A stretch of 64,000 nucleotides of DNA from Candidatus Bathyarchaeia archaeon (GCA_049515895.1 JBEKTQ010000015.1:25436-89435), one strand, 5' to 3'. Numbered from the stretch's first letter, positions 41,185-50,458 are shown. Notes: generated by a model from the sequence alone, not told the origin. Made by a program: numbers and translations.

Positions 41185-42438
41185 TCACTTTACAAAGTTT
41201 GGGGTTATGAAGCCTTTCTTAACCGTCTTGTCCCAAACTCTTTTCCGTCTGAACAGCAACTTTAGAAAAGCTAAGCCAGCAATACACATTTGCAATAGCC
41301 AGTATACATAAATTGAAGGCACCCAAAGCAGATTCCGAATCTTGAACGGCTTTTCAGTAGCAAGTAATCCTACTCCGACTGAAAGCAGCGAAATAGCGGT
41401 CAAAGCAATTACCAGTCCAGTGAAAAATATCACCAAGTTGCTTTGAGAAAAGAATAGAGCGGCAACACACCAGTTAATGTAGCTAAGAAGGGAAATAACC
41501 ATCATGAAAGGTCCGCCCATCGATATTTCTGCGTCAATAGTTCTTCTATTGAGAGTATCCAGAAGGCGACCGTACTTCAGTGCTGTCTCCATGTATCCAC
41601 GGTACCAACGAACACGCTGCTTTACCAAGTCTCGAAAACCGTTCGGCGTTTCTTGACCGCAACAGACATCTTCAGCATACTTGATTTGACATTTTTTTTC
41701 GACGAGCCGCAAAGCTAATTCCACGTCTTCTGTGAGGGAGGTTTCATCCCACCCACCGAGCTCCTCCAACAAGTTTCGTCTTACGAACTGGCAGCTTCCG
41801 TTCAGAGGAACAAAAAGCTTTAGCGTCTCCCTCCCACCGAGTAATGCTTGGAACCAAGCGCGTTCTTCCATTGCTACAACTCTCGTTAAAATGTTCTTTT
41901 TCTCATTCAGCGAGGTTGTTCGACCCTGGACGGCGCTTATTTTTCCGTCGCAAAAATAGGAAGCTGCTTTTCTTAGCACGTCTTTTTCCGGAACGCTATC
42001 AGCATCGAATACCGCGACGATTTCACCTGTCAAGTAGGGGAGTACTAGGTTTAAGGCTGCGGGTTTGCCTCTTGAGCCATCTTCTTTAATAATCTTGAAT
42101 TCGCCAGGATACTTCGCTGAAAAATCCGAACATACTTTGTAGGTTTTATCTACTGAATTCCCATCCACGACAAAAATTTCTATCTTGTCCTTTGGATAAT
42201 CTAATTCTTGAAGGCTGTTCAGGCAGCGGCCGATAACAGCTTCTTCATTCTTAGTCGGCACTATAATTGAAAACTTTGGGGTTTCTTCGTTGCCCATACA
42301 ACTGCCTGAGACGCGCTTGCGTCTGCTCTTTATTCCGGCGTATATGATTGAGCCGTTATACAGGGTCCAGAAGAGCAAGAATGCGAGCAGAACAATAGAA
42401 ATAATATTAACTATTATCATTTTAGAGCCAACCCCCAT
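41185..42438 (-). CDS. Processive GT2 polysaccharide synthase (cellulose-synthase/IcaA-like)
   Basis: N-terminal TM, GKPAALN, FDADS, LTEDVE, QRVRW signature, C-terminal TMs, W-KT-K. Confidence 0.88.
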   Translation of the reverse strand: MGVGSKMIIVNIISIVLLAFLLFWTLYNGSIIYAGIKSRRKRVSGSCMGNEETPKFSIIVPTKNEEAVIGRCLNSLQELDYPKDKIEIFVVDGNSVDKTYKVCSDFSAKYPGEFKIIKEDGSRGKPAALNLVLPYLTGEIVAVFDADSVPEKDVLRKAASYFCDGKISAVQGRTTSLNEKKNILTRVVAMEERAWFQALLGGRETLKLFVPLNGSCQFVRRNLLEELGGWDETSLTEDVELALRLVEKKCQIKYAEDVCCGQETPNGFRDLVKQRVRWYRGYMETALKYGRLLDTLNRRTIDAEISMGGPFMMVISLLSYINWCVAALFFSQSNLVIFFTGLVIALTAISLLSVGVGLLATEKPFKIRNLLWVPSIYVYWLLQMCIAGLAFLKLLFRRKRVWDKTVKKGFITPNFVK

Positions 42439-42962
42439 AAAGCTTCAGCATATATTAAAACTGTGCCTTCAACTCCTACGAAATCCTTATTCTCACGACT
42501 CCGAAATATAGACGAGAGGCAAGTCCCAAATTTTGCCAGAGCGTTTTCCGTGAGACCAAGTCGCATCCTTTACTACAGCCCATTATGCTTTTAACGTTTT
42601 TAAATCTTGTTTAAGAATGCTTTCTAGCCAAGTTATAAACCCATAGTCTAAAACTATAGAAAACATCAAGAATTCCCACTTTTCAGGAGGGTTAACGTCG
42701 TATGCGCGCCAGCGACCCATTTCGCATACATAAATTCTGCATCTCAATTGGTTTCTTGTTTGGATTTCTCTTAGTGAAGTAAACGGCGAGGTCATTTAAA
42801 CCCAAATCGAGTATTGAGAAAGCGGTGAGGCTAACCCCGACTATTTGAGATAGAAGCGATCAAACAATAGATTTCTACTTAGCTCGTCAATTCCACAATC
42901 AAGCTTTTATAAGTCCAATCAAAAACATAGTACACCAAAGTGATATTTGGGGAAACAAGTAT

Positions 42963-43637
42963 GTGAAGTTGATGCGTGAAACTATTAGGCAATTCGTAAG
43001 AATATGCGCTGAAACTCTGCCTATTCAAGAACCAATATACGAATTTGGCTCCCTTCAAACACAGGGGCAGATTGGTTACGCAGATTTGCGACCTTACTTT
43101 CCTAACAAAAAATATTTTGGGGCTGACATGAGACGGGGCCCAGGCGTTGATGTCATTCTGAATCTGCATGACATAGATTTGCCTTCGGAAACTGTTGGAA
43201 CCGTACTTTGTTTGGATACTTTAGAGCATGTTGAGTATCCCCGAAAGGCAATTGCAGAAGTGTACAGAATCTTGAAACCAGATGGCTTACTAATCGTAAG
43301 TTCAATCATGGCTTTTCACATCCACGATTATCCCTCTGACTACTGGCGTTTTACGCCTGAAGCATTCAAAAGCCTCTTGAAACCCTTTGAAACATCATTT
43401 GTAGATTTTGCAGGGGAATTCTATTTCCCACATACCATAGTAGGCGTCGGCTTTAAAAGAAAACTTACCACTTACCCAAGCAACTTCTTGAAACAAATCG
43501 AGAAATGGAAAAAATACTGGAGTCACCCGATAAGAAGCAACTTACATGATTGGACTGGACTAGCTGAAATGTTCACACCACATATCCTTTTCGCAAAGGT
43601 TAAAGGATACAGGCAATCAAAAAAACGGGATAAATAA
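42963..43637 (+). CDS. SAM-dependent methyltransferase (glycan-locus type)
   Basis: EFGS, GADMRRGPGVD, DTLEHV, LKPDG, HDYPSDYWRF. Confidence 0.8.
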   Translation: MKLMRETIRQFVRICAETLPIQEPIYEFGSLQTQGQIGYADLRPYFPNKKYFGADMRRGPGVDVILNLHDIDLPSETVGTVLCLDTLEHVEYPRKAIAEVYRILKPDGLLIVSSIMAFHIHDYPSDYWRFTPEAFKSLLKPFETSFVDFAGEFYFPHTIVGVGFKRKLTTYPSNFLKQIEKWKKYWSHPIRSNLHDWTGLAEMFTPHILFAKVKGYRQSKKRDK

Positions 43638-43750
43638 AAAAAAGAAAAGACGATGGCTTGCTGTAAATCAAAAGAAGTAACCCAAAAAACAAGAATGCCC
43701 TAACTCTGGTATCTGATGGCCAAGACTCGCTACGAAGGAGGTTAAAAAGC

Positions 43751-44351
43751 TTGATAGAATCCAGATGGAAACCAACCTATACTTTTTTGATCTCGGAAAC
43801 GAGTTACGGAAATGCTGCTTCTTTGTTTCCAAAAATAGCTAAGTACCTCGAAGACATCGAATTTGCAATCAAGCAGTCAGACAAGATGTTTGAATTTAGT
43901 CGTCTTTACGAGAAAATTGGCGTGGAAAAACCTTCAAAAACAGATGTTGCTGAAAGCTTTAATCAAGCTTGTTGCCCTTTTGCCAAACCTGGGCACTGTA
44001 AAAATCGTCAATGACTGCCAAGGGCTAGAGGTAAATGCTGATTCACTGCTCAAGCAACTTTTTTACAACTTTCTCGACAACTCATTAAAGCACGGCGAAA
44101 AAGTCATCCAAATACGACTACACTACACTAAAGATAGTGATGGAGTGAAACTTTTCTATGAAGACGATGGAGTTGGCGTGCCGGAAGTTAATAAGCCGAA
44201 GCTTTTCGGTATCGGTTTTACTACTGGGAAAGGCAGCGGACTTGGATTGTATTTGATAAGGAAAATGATGGAAGTCTACGGGTGGACGATAGCTGAAGAG
44301 GGCAAACCGGGCGAAGGAGCAAGATTCAAATTAACTATTCCAAATCGATAA
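43751..44351 (+). pseudogene. Sensor histidine kinase relic (HATPase_c only, frameshifted)
   Basis: N box LFYNFLDNSLKHG, EDDGVG, GKGSGLGL, GARF; extra T near 43970 splits SFNQA/VALLPNL; no sensor or H-box seen. Confidence 0.8.
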
Positions 44352-44550
44352 GCCAAAATCGAAACTCCCTAAAGTAAAGATAAAACGAATTATTTCTACA
44401 ACCTCAGAATTTGGCGGAGGCTTGGCCTCATCCGAGTCTTGGCAAAAATTTTTCTTTAAGCACCTATCCGCAAAAAAAATGCCGACGTTTTTGTTCCTTC
44501 GGCCTGTAAACATGCGCATTATTTGAGCTCAAAGCGATTAAAATAGGAAT

Positions 44551-44760
44551 CAAGATTCATAGAGATTTCGGGAGATTTAAAGAGATTAAGGGAGAATTCG
44601 AAAATTTTCCATCGCCTTACGTCGCTAATCCTCTCATTAGCTTTACTTTTTAAGACGTTTATTGACTTTTTCAGACTTCTATTGACTTCTATTGACTTTT
44701 GTTGACGTTAGTAGACTTTAGTTGACTTTAGCAGACGATAGTTGACTTTAGTTGACGCAA
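44551..44760. repeat. Degenerate 10-bp tandem repeats: 5 x nnaGAwtnnn, spacer, 11 x nnwGACknnn
   Basis: Decamers read directly: caagattcat, agagatttcg, ggagatttaa, agagattaag, ggagaattcg; then from 44651 taagacgttt, attgactttt, tcagacttct, attgacttct, attgactttt, gttgacgtta, gtagacttta, gttgacttta, gcagacgata, gttgacttta, gttgacgcaa. Confidence 0.9.
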
Positions 44761-45345
44761 CCTGCAGCTTCTCGGCTGTAGTGTGTAGTTAGATTTCCTT
44801 TCTTCGCCGATGGTTGAGAAAGCCTTTGCGCCATAATCATGCCCAGGGTAGACTTCCACGGTGTCGTCCAGTTTCATGAGCTTGTTGAAGAGGCTGTCGT
44901 ACATGCTTTTGGAGCTGCCGCCTGCAAAATCGGTTCTTCCGCATTCGCCGACGAACAAAGTGTCGCCCGTCAACAACTTCCTGTTGTTAACCAGCAAGCA
45001 AATACTGTCCACAGTATGGCCAGGCGTATAAATCACTTTAACTGGAATTTCGCCGACATATAACATGTCGCCGTCCTCAACCGCTACATCAAAATTAACC
45101 TTTGACAGCTTATGAGCAACAATTTGGGCTTGAAACACAGAGGTTAACTCTGCGTTTCCCGCAGTGTGGTCAGAGTGGCCGTGCGTGTTGATGACGTATT
45201 TCAAGTTGAATCCTTTTAGGTCTAAGATTCTTATGATTTCGCTAGCGTTAAAGCTTGAATCCACAACTGATGCTTCTTTTGCGTCTTCGTCCGCCACTAT
45301 GTAGGAGAAGTTGTCGCTGTGCTGCTGAATTTGCTTGAAAAACAT
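44728..45345 (-). CDS. MBL-fold metallo-hydrolase (glyoxalase II-like); C-terminus runs into the repeat
   Basis: THGHSDH, TPGHT, TGDTLF-G-CGR-D, YPGHDY, STIGEE. Confidence 0.88.
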   Translation of the reverse strand: MFFKQIQQHSDNFSYIVADEDAKEASVVDSSFNASEIIRILDLKGFNLKYVINTHGHSDHTAGNAELTSVFQAQIVAHKLSKVNFDVAVEDGDMLYVGEIPVKVIYTPGHTVDSICLLVNNRKLLTGDTLFVGECGRTDFAGGSSKSMYDSLFNKLMKLDDTVEVYPGHDYGAKAFSTIGEERKSNYTLQPRSCRLRQLKSTIVC

Positions 45346-45411
45346 TCATTAACAACCCAAAGAGGTCTATCAAGCTACAAGTTTTTGTTCTTTTCGCCTT
45401 TACCCCACATT

Positions 45412-46164
45412 CTAGCAATCCTGAGTTAGCATTTTTGAAAGAGAATCCACGTCTGAGGGGGGATAGCCCGAGTAATACTTTCCGAAATAGCCGAAAACCT
45501 CCATTTTCCCGCCTAAATGCGTTTTTAATCTGTCTGCCCACACCCGTAGGCCACTTTGCGTGTCGGTTTCTATTTTGCCCAAGGTGCCGTTGACTTTTGT
45601 TCTATCTCCTTCCAATCGCACATACAGGAAATCTGAGGTTAATTCGGCGGTTAAGGGCATAATGGGACTGTCAACCCATGCTAAAGCGGCGTTGTTAGCT
45701 CGTAGAAGCGAGTAGAAATCGACGTTTAGCCAAGTTTTGCTTCTTACCTCAATCACGTAGCGGTTCATTTTAGGAAGACTCTGCAGATACGCAGCCAGGT
45801 CAGAAAAGCGGTCGACGCCGAAGGTTGAAGGAAACTGCAGAAGCAGAGGCCCGAGCTTTTCGTTTAGAGTTTTGGTTCTTTCAAAGAAAAAGTTTGTTTC
45901 TCTCTCGCAGTTCCTAAGCATCTTGACGTGTGTGATTACGCTTGGGAACTTTAGTGAGAACTCGAAGTTTTGGGGTGTTTGGTTCTTCCAGTTGGTGACG
46001 GCTTGTTGGGTGGGAATTCGGTAAAATGTGCTGTCGACCTCCACTGTGTCAAATCGCGTTGCGTAGTAAGTCAAGAAGTCTTTGGACGCGGTTTTCTCTG
46101 GGTAAAAGGTGCCCCTCCAGAAGTTGTAGCTCCAGCCGATGGTGCCTAAATGAATGTTTTGCAT
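45412..46164 (-). CDS. DUF72 (YecE-like) protein
   Basis: GTIGWSY-W-G-FYP, VEVDSTFY, ITH, LGPLLLQFP, YVRLEG. Confidence 0.9.
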   Translation of the reverse strand: MQNIHLGTIGWSYNFWRGTFYPEKTASKDFLTYYATRFDTVEVDSTFYRIPTQQAVTNWKNQTPQNFEFSLKFPSVITHVKMLRNCERETNFFFERTKTLNEKLGPLLLQFPSTFGVDRFSDLAAYLQSLPKMNRYVIEVRSKTWLNVDFYSLLRANNAALAWVDSPIMPLTAELTSDFLYVRLEGDRTKVNGTLGKIETDTQSGLRVWADRLKTHLGGKMEVFGYFGKYYSGYPPSDVDSLSKMLTQDC

Positions 46165-46165
46165 G

Positions 46166-47596
46166 TTAGTCTTTTCCCTTCAGGAGCAGCCAAGCGTTCT
46201 CTTCTTTAGCTTTCTTCAGCCGCACCAATAGGTAGCGCCCCTTGAGCGTTTGCCCGTTAAGAGTGAACTCGATTTTGTCTTTTTCCCAAAGCTTAGGCTC
46301 AAAATAGCCTTTATCCCAGATTTTTACTGTTCCCGCGCCATACTGCCCCTTCGGAATTGTGCCTTCGAAGCTGGCGTATCCATACGGGTGGTCTTCAGTC
46401 TGCACCGCTAAACGTCGTTCGCCGCTAATTTGAGGAATGCCTTTGGGGACAGCCCAACTCTTCAAAACCCCGCCGCTCTCCAGCCTCAGGTCATAGTGGA
46501 GCCTCCTCGCATGATGCTCCTGTATTACATAAATCAGCTTTTCTCCTTTTTTCTCCCCACCCTTCGGTTCAGGCGTCTCTTCAAAATGACGTTTGGAAGC
46601 ATAGTCTGAAAGCTTCGCGTCGACAGGCGCATCCATTTTTTTGGTTGAAGCTATTTGGTCAATGGCGCATTCCAGTGGCGGTTTGTCATCTCTTAAACGT
46701 TTAAAACGTGGCATTCTTAACCGCATGTCCCTTGTAACCACCTGATAAGCGACCTCGCAGACCAGTTTAGGCTCAAGCCAAGTCACCCTTTCCTCCGCCT
46801 CAACTGCGAAGGGAGCCTGTGAGACCGTTTTAAGCTTCTCAAACCCGCCTATCAACAAACTAAGCATATCCTCGGTAAACCCTGTTCCAACGTTGCCCAC
46901 GTAAACTGGTTTACCACCCACATCATAAAGACCCAGAACCAAGGACCCGAATGTTTTCTCTCTTGATTTTTCTCCCCTTCTGTAACCAAAAATTACGCAA
47001 TCACAAGTTTTCAATTCCTTAATTTTTAGCCAACTTCCAGTTCGCAAGCCTTCCTCGTACTGGCTGTCTTTTCTCTTCGCCATTACCCCCTCCAACCCTT
47101 TGTCCACAACCAATCGGTAGTAGGCCTCACCCTTTTCTTCTATGAAGTCGGAGAGCAAAATATTTTTTCCTTCAAATAATGATTCTTTCAAGATTTTTTT
47201 ACGCTCTATCAACCGCAACTTTGTGAGAGGTTCCTCATCTTTCTCCAAAACGTCAAAGACAATGTATGTTGCCGGCGACTGCCCTACTCGCCTTTCGATC
47301 TCCCGCATTGAAACTGCTTGACCGCGTTCCAGTAAAGCTTGAAAGTCAGGCTTCCCTTCATTCATAACGACGATTTCGCCGTCGACAACCAGGTTCCTGG
47401 CTAAATGAGTGAGTTCTTCCAGCTCAGGAAAATTGTTTTTCAGCTCTTTGCCGTTGCGGCTTTTTATGCTTAACGTTTGTCCGATGTAGCTGATTGCGCG
47501 GAAACCGTCCCATTTGATCTCGAAAATCCAATTTTTGTCCGTGAAAGCTTTGTCCGCGACCTTAGCCAACATAGGCTTGTAGACGCGACCGCTCAT
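46166..47596 (-). CDS. ligD: NHEJ ATP-dependent DNA ligase fused to C-terminal 3'-phosphoesterase (PE) domain
   Basis: EIKWDGFR, EGVMAKR, WLKIK, RLRDDK; PE: VIQEHHARRLHYDLRLE, LKSWAVPKG, EDHP, IPKGQYGAG. Confidence 0.93.
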   Translation of the reverse strand: MSGRVYKPMLAKVADKAFTDKNWIFEIKWDGFRAISYIGQTLSIKSRNGKELKNNFPELEELTHLARNLVVDGEIVVMNEGKPDFQALLERGQAVSMREIERRVGQSPATYIVFDVLEKDEEPLTKLRLIERKKILKESLFEGKNILLSDFIEEKGEAYYRLVVDKGLEGVMAKRKDSQYEEGLRTGSWLKIKELKTCDCVIFGYRRGEKSREKTFGSLVLGLYDVGGKPVYVGNVGTGFTEDMLSLLIGGFEKLKTVSQAPFAVEAEERVTWLEPKLVCEVAYQVVTRDMRLRMPRFKRLRDDKPPLECAIDQIASTKKMDAPVDAKLSDYASKRHFEETPEPKGGEKKGEKLIYVIQEHHARRLHYDLRLESGGVLKSWAVPKGIPQISGERRLAVQTEDHPYGYASFEGTIPKGQYGAGTVKIWDKGYFEPKLWEKDKIEFTLNGQTLKGRYLLVRLKKAKEENAWLLLKGKD

Positions 47597-48444
47597 TTCT
47601 GTTCCAGCTGCTTGAGAGTTTCACGCAGGGCAACCATGAGACTTTTAGCTTCAATTTCAGGGGGTTTTTCTACGTGGATTTTTTCGCCTTTGACCTTTTG
47701 CGATATAAGTTCTTCAACTCTTTTCATGTAGGTGTCTTCAAATTCGTTTATATCGAAGTCTCCTGCAAGATCACTGATAATTTTGATTGCCATGTCTAAC
47801 TCGGCTTTTTCCGGCTCCTTAAGCTTTTGTGCGCCCTCGAAATCCTGAGGGTTCACGACGTCGTAGGCGTAACGCAAGGTTGTCAAGACTAACGTGCCCT
47901 TATAAGCATGTAGCAGGGCAGGGTACTCTTTAGTTCGAAGGGTTATTCTTGCGGCGCCAGCTTTGTTTTTCTTTTCTAATGCCCGCAAAAGCAAAGTGTA
48001 AGCTTCCTTGCTTTTGTTCGGCATCAAAGCGTAGGTTTTGTCAAAGTAGATCGGGTCAACTGAGAAGTAATCAACGAATTTGCTGATTCTGATCCTGTTA
48101 TCTGATTCAGGTTTTACAGCGTCAAGTTCACTTTTTTCTAGGGTTATATATTCGTTTTTCGAGACTTCGTAGCCTCGGATAACCTCGTTCCAAGGCACTA
48201 TCTTATCATCTTTGGTACACATTTTCACGTACTTTAGAGGTTGACCATCAACTCGATGCAGAAAATGAAACGCTATGCCCTTGTCATAAATCATCGAGTA
48301 CAAATTAACGGGAACATTAACCAAGCCTATAGTTATACTTCCAGACCAAATGGAACGCTTAGGAACAGTAGCGCTGACTTTCCCACTTTGAGCTTCAGCT
48401 TTCTCCACATCTTCCTTTTCCAAATCTTCTTGAGCCATAATCAA
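47593..48444 (-). CDS. ku: Prokaryotic Ku end-binding protein
   Basis: RSIWSGSITIGLVNVPV, RGYEV, DPIYFDKTY, FEDTY, LMVALRETL. Confidence 0.94.
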   Translation of the reverse strand: MIMAQEDLEKEDVEKAEAQSGKVSATVPKRSIWSGSITIGLVNVPVNLYSMIYDKGIAFHFLHRVDGQPLKYVKMCTKDDKIVPWNEVIRGYEVSKNEYITLEKSELDAVKPESDNRIRISKFVDYFSVDPIYFDKTYALMPNKSKEAYTLLLRALEKKNKAGAARITLRTKEYPALLHAYKGTLVLTTLRYAYDVVNPQDFEGAQKLKEPEKAELDMAIKIISDLAGDFDINEFEDTYMKRVEELISQKVKGEKIHVEKPPEIEAKSLMVALRETLKQLEQK

Positions 48445-49316
48445 ATCTCCAGTTTACATCTTTTCTCGAAAATATTTTTCCACGGATCTTCTTTCCGTTT
48501 TACTACATTAAAAATATTGAAATCCGAAGGGTTTATGCATTTCTTAACTTCGCTCCATTCCAAAGGTGCCGAAACCGTGGCTTCAGAGGTCGGGCGCAAA
48601 CTGTAAGGAACGACCATCGTGCGCATGGGTGAGTTCTGCAGGTAATCAGCGAAAACTTTGCCAGGCTTCTTTGTATCCTTGAATTCAGAAACGACGATTT
48701 CGTTTTCCTTCGCCAAGTCAATTCCGATTTCGTGCACAAAAGCCCTTGTTTCCTTAAAGTCATGCTCAGGAACAATCGGAATGATCACGTGAAGCCCTTT
48801 TTTGCCTGAGATCTTGACGAATGGTGTGAGCCCTAAATCGACAACTTTATCCTTCAGCTGAAGCGAAACCTCCGCTGCGTCGCTGAGCGTCGCTGGGGGT
48901 TCGGGGTCAACGTCAAAAAACAAAAAGTCCGGCTTATCCATGTCATTGATTGTAGAGAACGGCATATGAATTTCTAGCGTTGCCAAGTTTGCGAGCCAAA
49001 TAAGCGTGTCTAAATCGTTGCAGATGATGTAATGGACGTCCCGTTTTGACGTTGAAGAGTAAATGGTTTTTGTTTTTACCCATTCCGGCGTTCCCAGCGG
49101 CGCGTTTTTTTCAAAGAAACCGTATTTTTCCCCTTTTATTCCATCAGGGTATCGGGTTAAGACAAGCGGTCTATCCTTGATAATTGGAAGCATTTTTGGT
49201 GCCATCCTAATGTAATACTCGATAAACTGTCCTTTAGTAACTTTAAGTTCGGGGTAAAGGATTTTGTCCAAGTTCTTTAGGTCCACTTTGGTTAACTGTT
49301 TGAGGTCCTCAATCAC
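48441..49316 (-). CDS. Stand-alone LigD primase-polymerase (AEP) domain protein
   Basis: NLDKILYP, RPLVLTRYPDG, FFEKN, FDVDP, SGKKGLH, DYLQN, PYSLRP, VSAPLEW; likely GTG start at 49316 with GGTG just upstream. Confidence 0.92.
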   Translation of the reverse strand: MIEDLKQLTKVDLKNLDKILYPELKVTKGQFIEYYIRMAPKMLPIIKDRPLVLTRYPDGIKGEKYGFFEKNAPLGTPEWVKTKTIYSSTSKRDVHYIICNDLDTLIWLANLATLEIHMPFSTINDMDKPDFLFFDVDPEPPATLSDAAEVSLQLKDKVVDLGLTPFVKISGKKGLHVIIPIVPEHDFKETRAFVHEIGIDLAKENEIVVSEFKDTKKPGKVFADYLQNSPMRTMVVPYSLRPTSEATVSAPLEWSEVKKCINPSDFNIFNVVKRKEDPWKNIFEKRCKLEI

Positions 49317-49594
49317 AAGTATGCACCAAAAGCGATTAAGCCCGAAAGCGCCGCGCTTCCAAATAAAGTAAATGGGGCTTAGTCTTTTTTCCTTTTTGGA
49401 TGCGCCAAGGCAAGAATTGTTGCTTTTCGCAATGATTCTCCTTAAGAAATTGATTTTTTTATAGTTATATCTATATACCCAACCTGTCACTAAATATAAA
49501 TGTCTGAATTAATTAAGAAAAAGTAAATTTTATATCTAATATTTGCTTTTTTCGGAGTTAATTCGCTAAACAAAAAAGGAAGGAAAATAGTAGT

Positions 49595-50224
49595 TTGAAA
49601 TCAAGAAAGCCCACATTGGAAGACCAAATTGCGTTCATTTCGGCGCAACATAATGTCTATCCTACTGAGTTGTTCAAAGCCTTGATCCAAGCGAAAGAAC
49701 AGGGAAAATCGGCGGTTGAAGATCTGGCGATAGAATATCGGGGAAGTGTAAATGACCAAGCCATTTTCCTCATTAAAAAAGAGGGCAATGTTGTTGCACA
49801 ATTCCGTGTTCCGATGGAAACGCTTTCGAAGGCGGACGTTTCGTTCGATAATTCGATGGATACAAGCAGAGTGCGAAAAGAAATTGCCAGGCAGACACCC
49901 ACTCCGTCTCACCTTAAAATCGAGGATTTACGTGTAGGCATGAAAAAGGTAAACGTCATTGCAGAAGTTTTGGAAACTGCTAAGCCATCTAAAGTTCACA
50001 CGCAGTTTAGAGATAACGCGCTCGTTTCAAATGCCACGGTCGGAGATGAAACAGGAAAAATCCTGCTTTGTCTCTGGGATCAACAAGTTAACGCTGTCTC
50101 AGTTGGGGAGTGTATAGAAATCGCAAATGCACACGTCGCTAGTTTTAAGGGTGAAAGGCAACTGCGTCTTGGAAAAAACGGGAAAATCAAAAAACTGGAA
50201 AATCTTACAAGTAGAACGGCGTAA
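49595..50224 (+). CDS. Single-stranded DNA-binding OB-fold protein with extra N-terminal domain
   Basis: C-half KIEDLRVGMKKVNV...VGDETGKI-L-LWD...F-GERQLRLG resembles crenarchaeal SSB/RPA OB fold. Confidence 0.75.
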   Translation: MKSRKPTLEDQIAFISAQHNVYPTELFKALIQAKEQGKSAVEDLAIEYRGSVNDQAIFLIKKEGNVVAQFRVPMETLSKADVSFDNSMDTSRVRKEIARQTPTPSHLKIEDLRVGMKKVNVIAEVLETAKPSKVHTQFRDNALVSNATVGDETGKILLCLWDQQVNAVSVGECIEIANAHVASFKGERQLRLGKNGKIKKLENLTSRTA

Positions 50225-50458
50225 AATTGAAAAACGGTTTAAATCTTCTCGTTATTTTCATAGAATACCCTGATTTTTTGCGTAAAATGGCGGATTAGAA
50301 ATTGTTGTTTCTGAAATAGAAAGGCGCCATAACTTTCAGAAATTACCTGAATTCTCGGGTAATCCGTCAAATGGTTTATAGAACAGTGGAAAAAAGAAAG
50401 TAAAGACCAAAATGGTCCTGAAGAGGGTTAAATGCGATTTCTGAGCGGTTTTGTTTTT

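Noticed and set aside
42480-42960. Short ORFs and possible RNA between the GT2 synthase and the methyltransferase
   Set aside because: No recognisable motif, repeat or stable structure found by eye.
44551-44760. CRISPR array interpretation of the repeats
   Set aside because: Units are 10 bp, contiguous and degenerate; no spacers and no cas genes.
49317-49490. 58-codon N-terminal extension on the Prim-Pol ORF
   Set aside because: Not protein-like, spans promoter-like AT-rich DNA; a GTG with RBS-like GGTG at 49316 fits homolog length.
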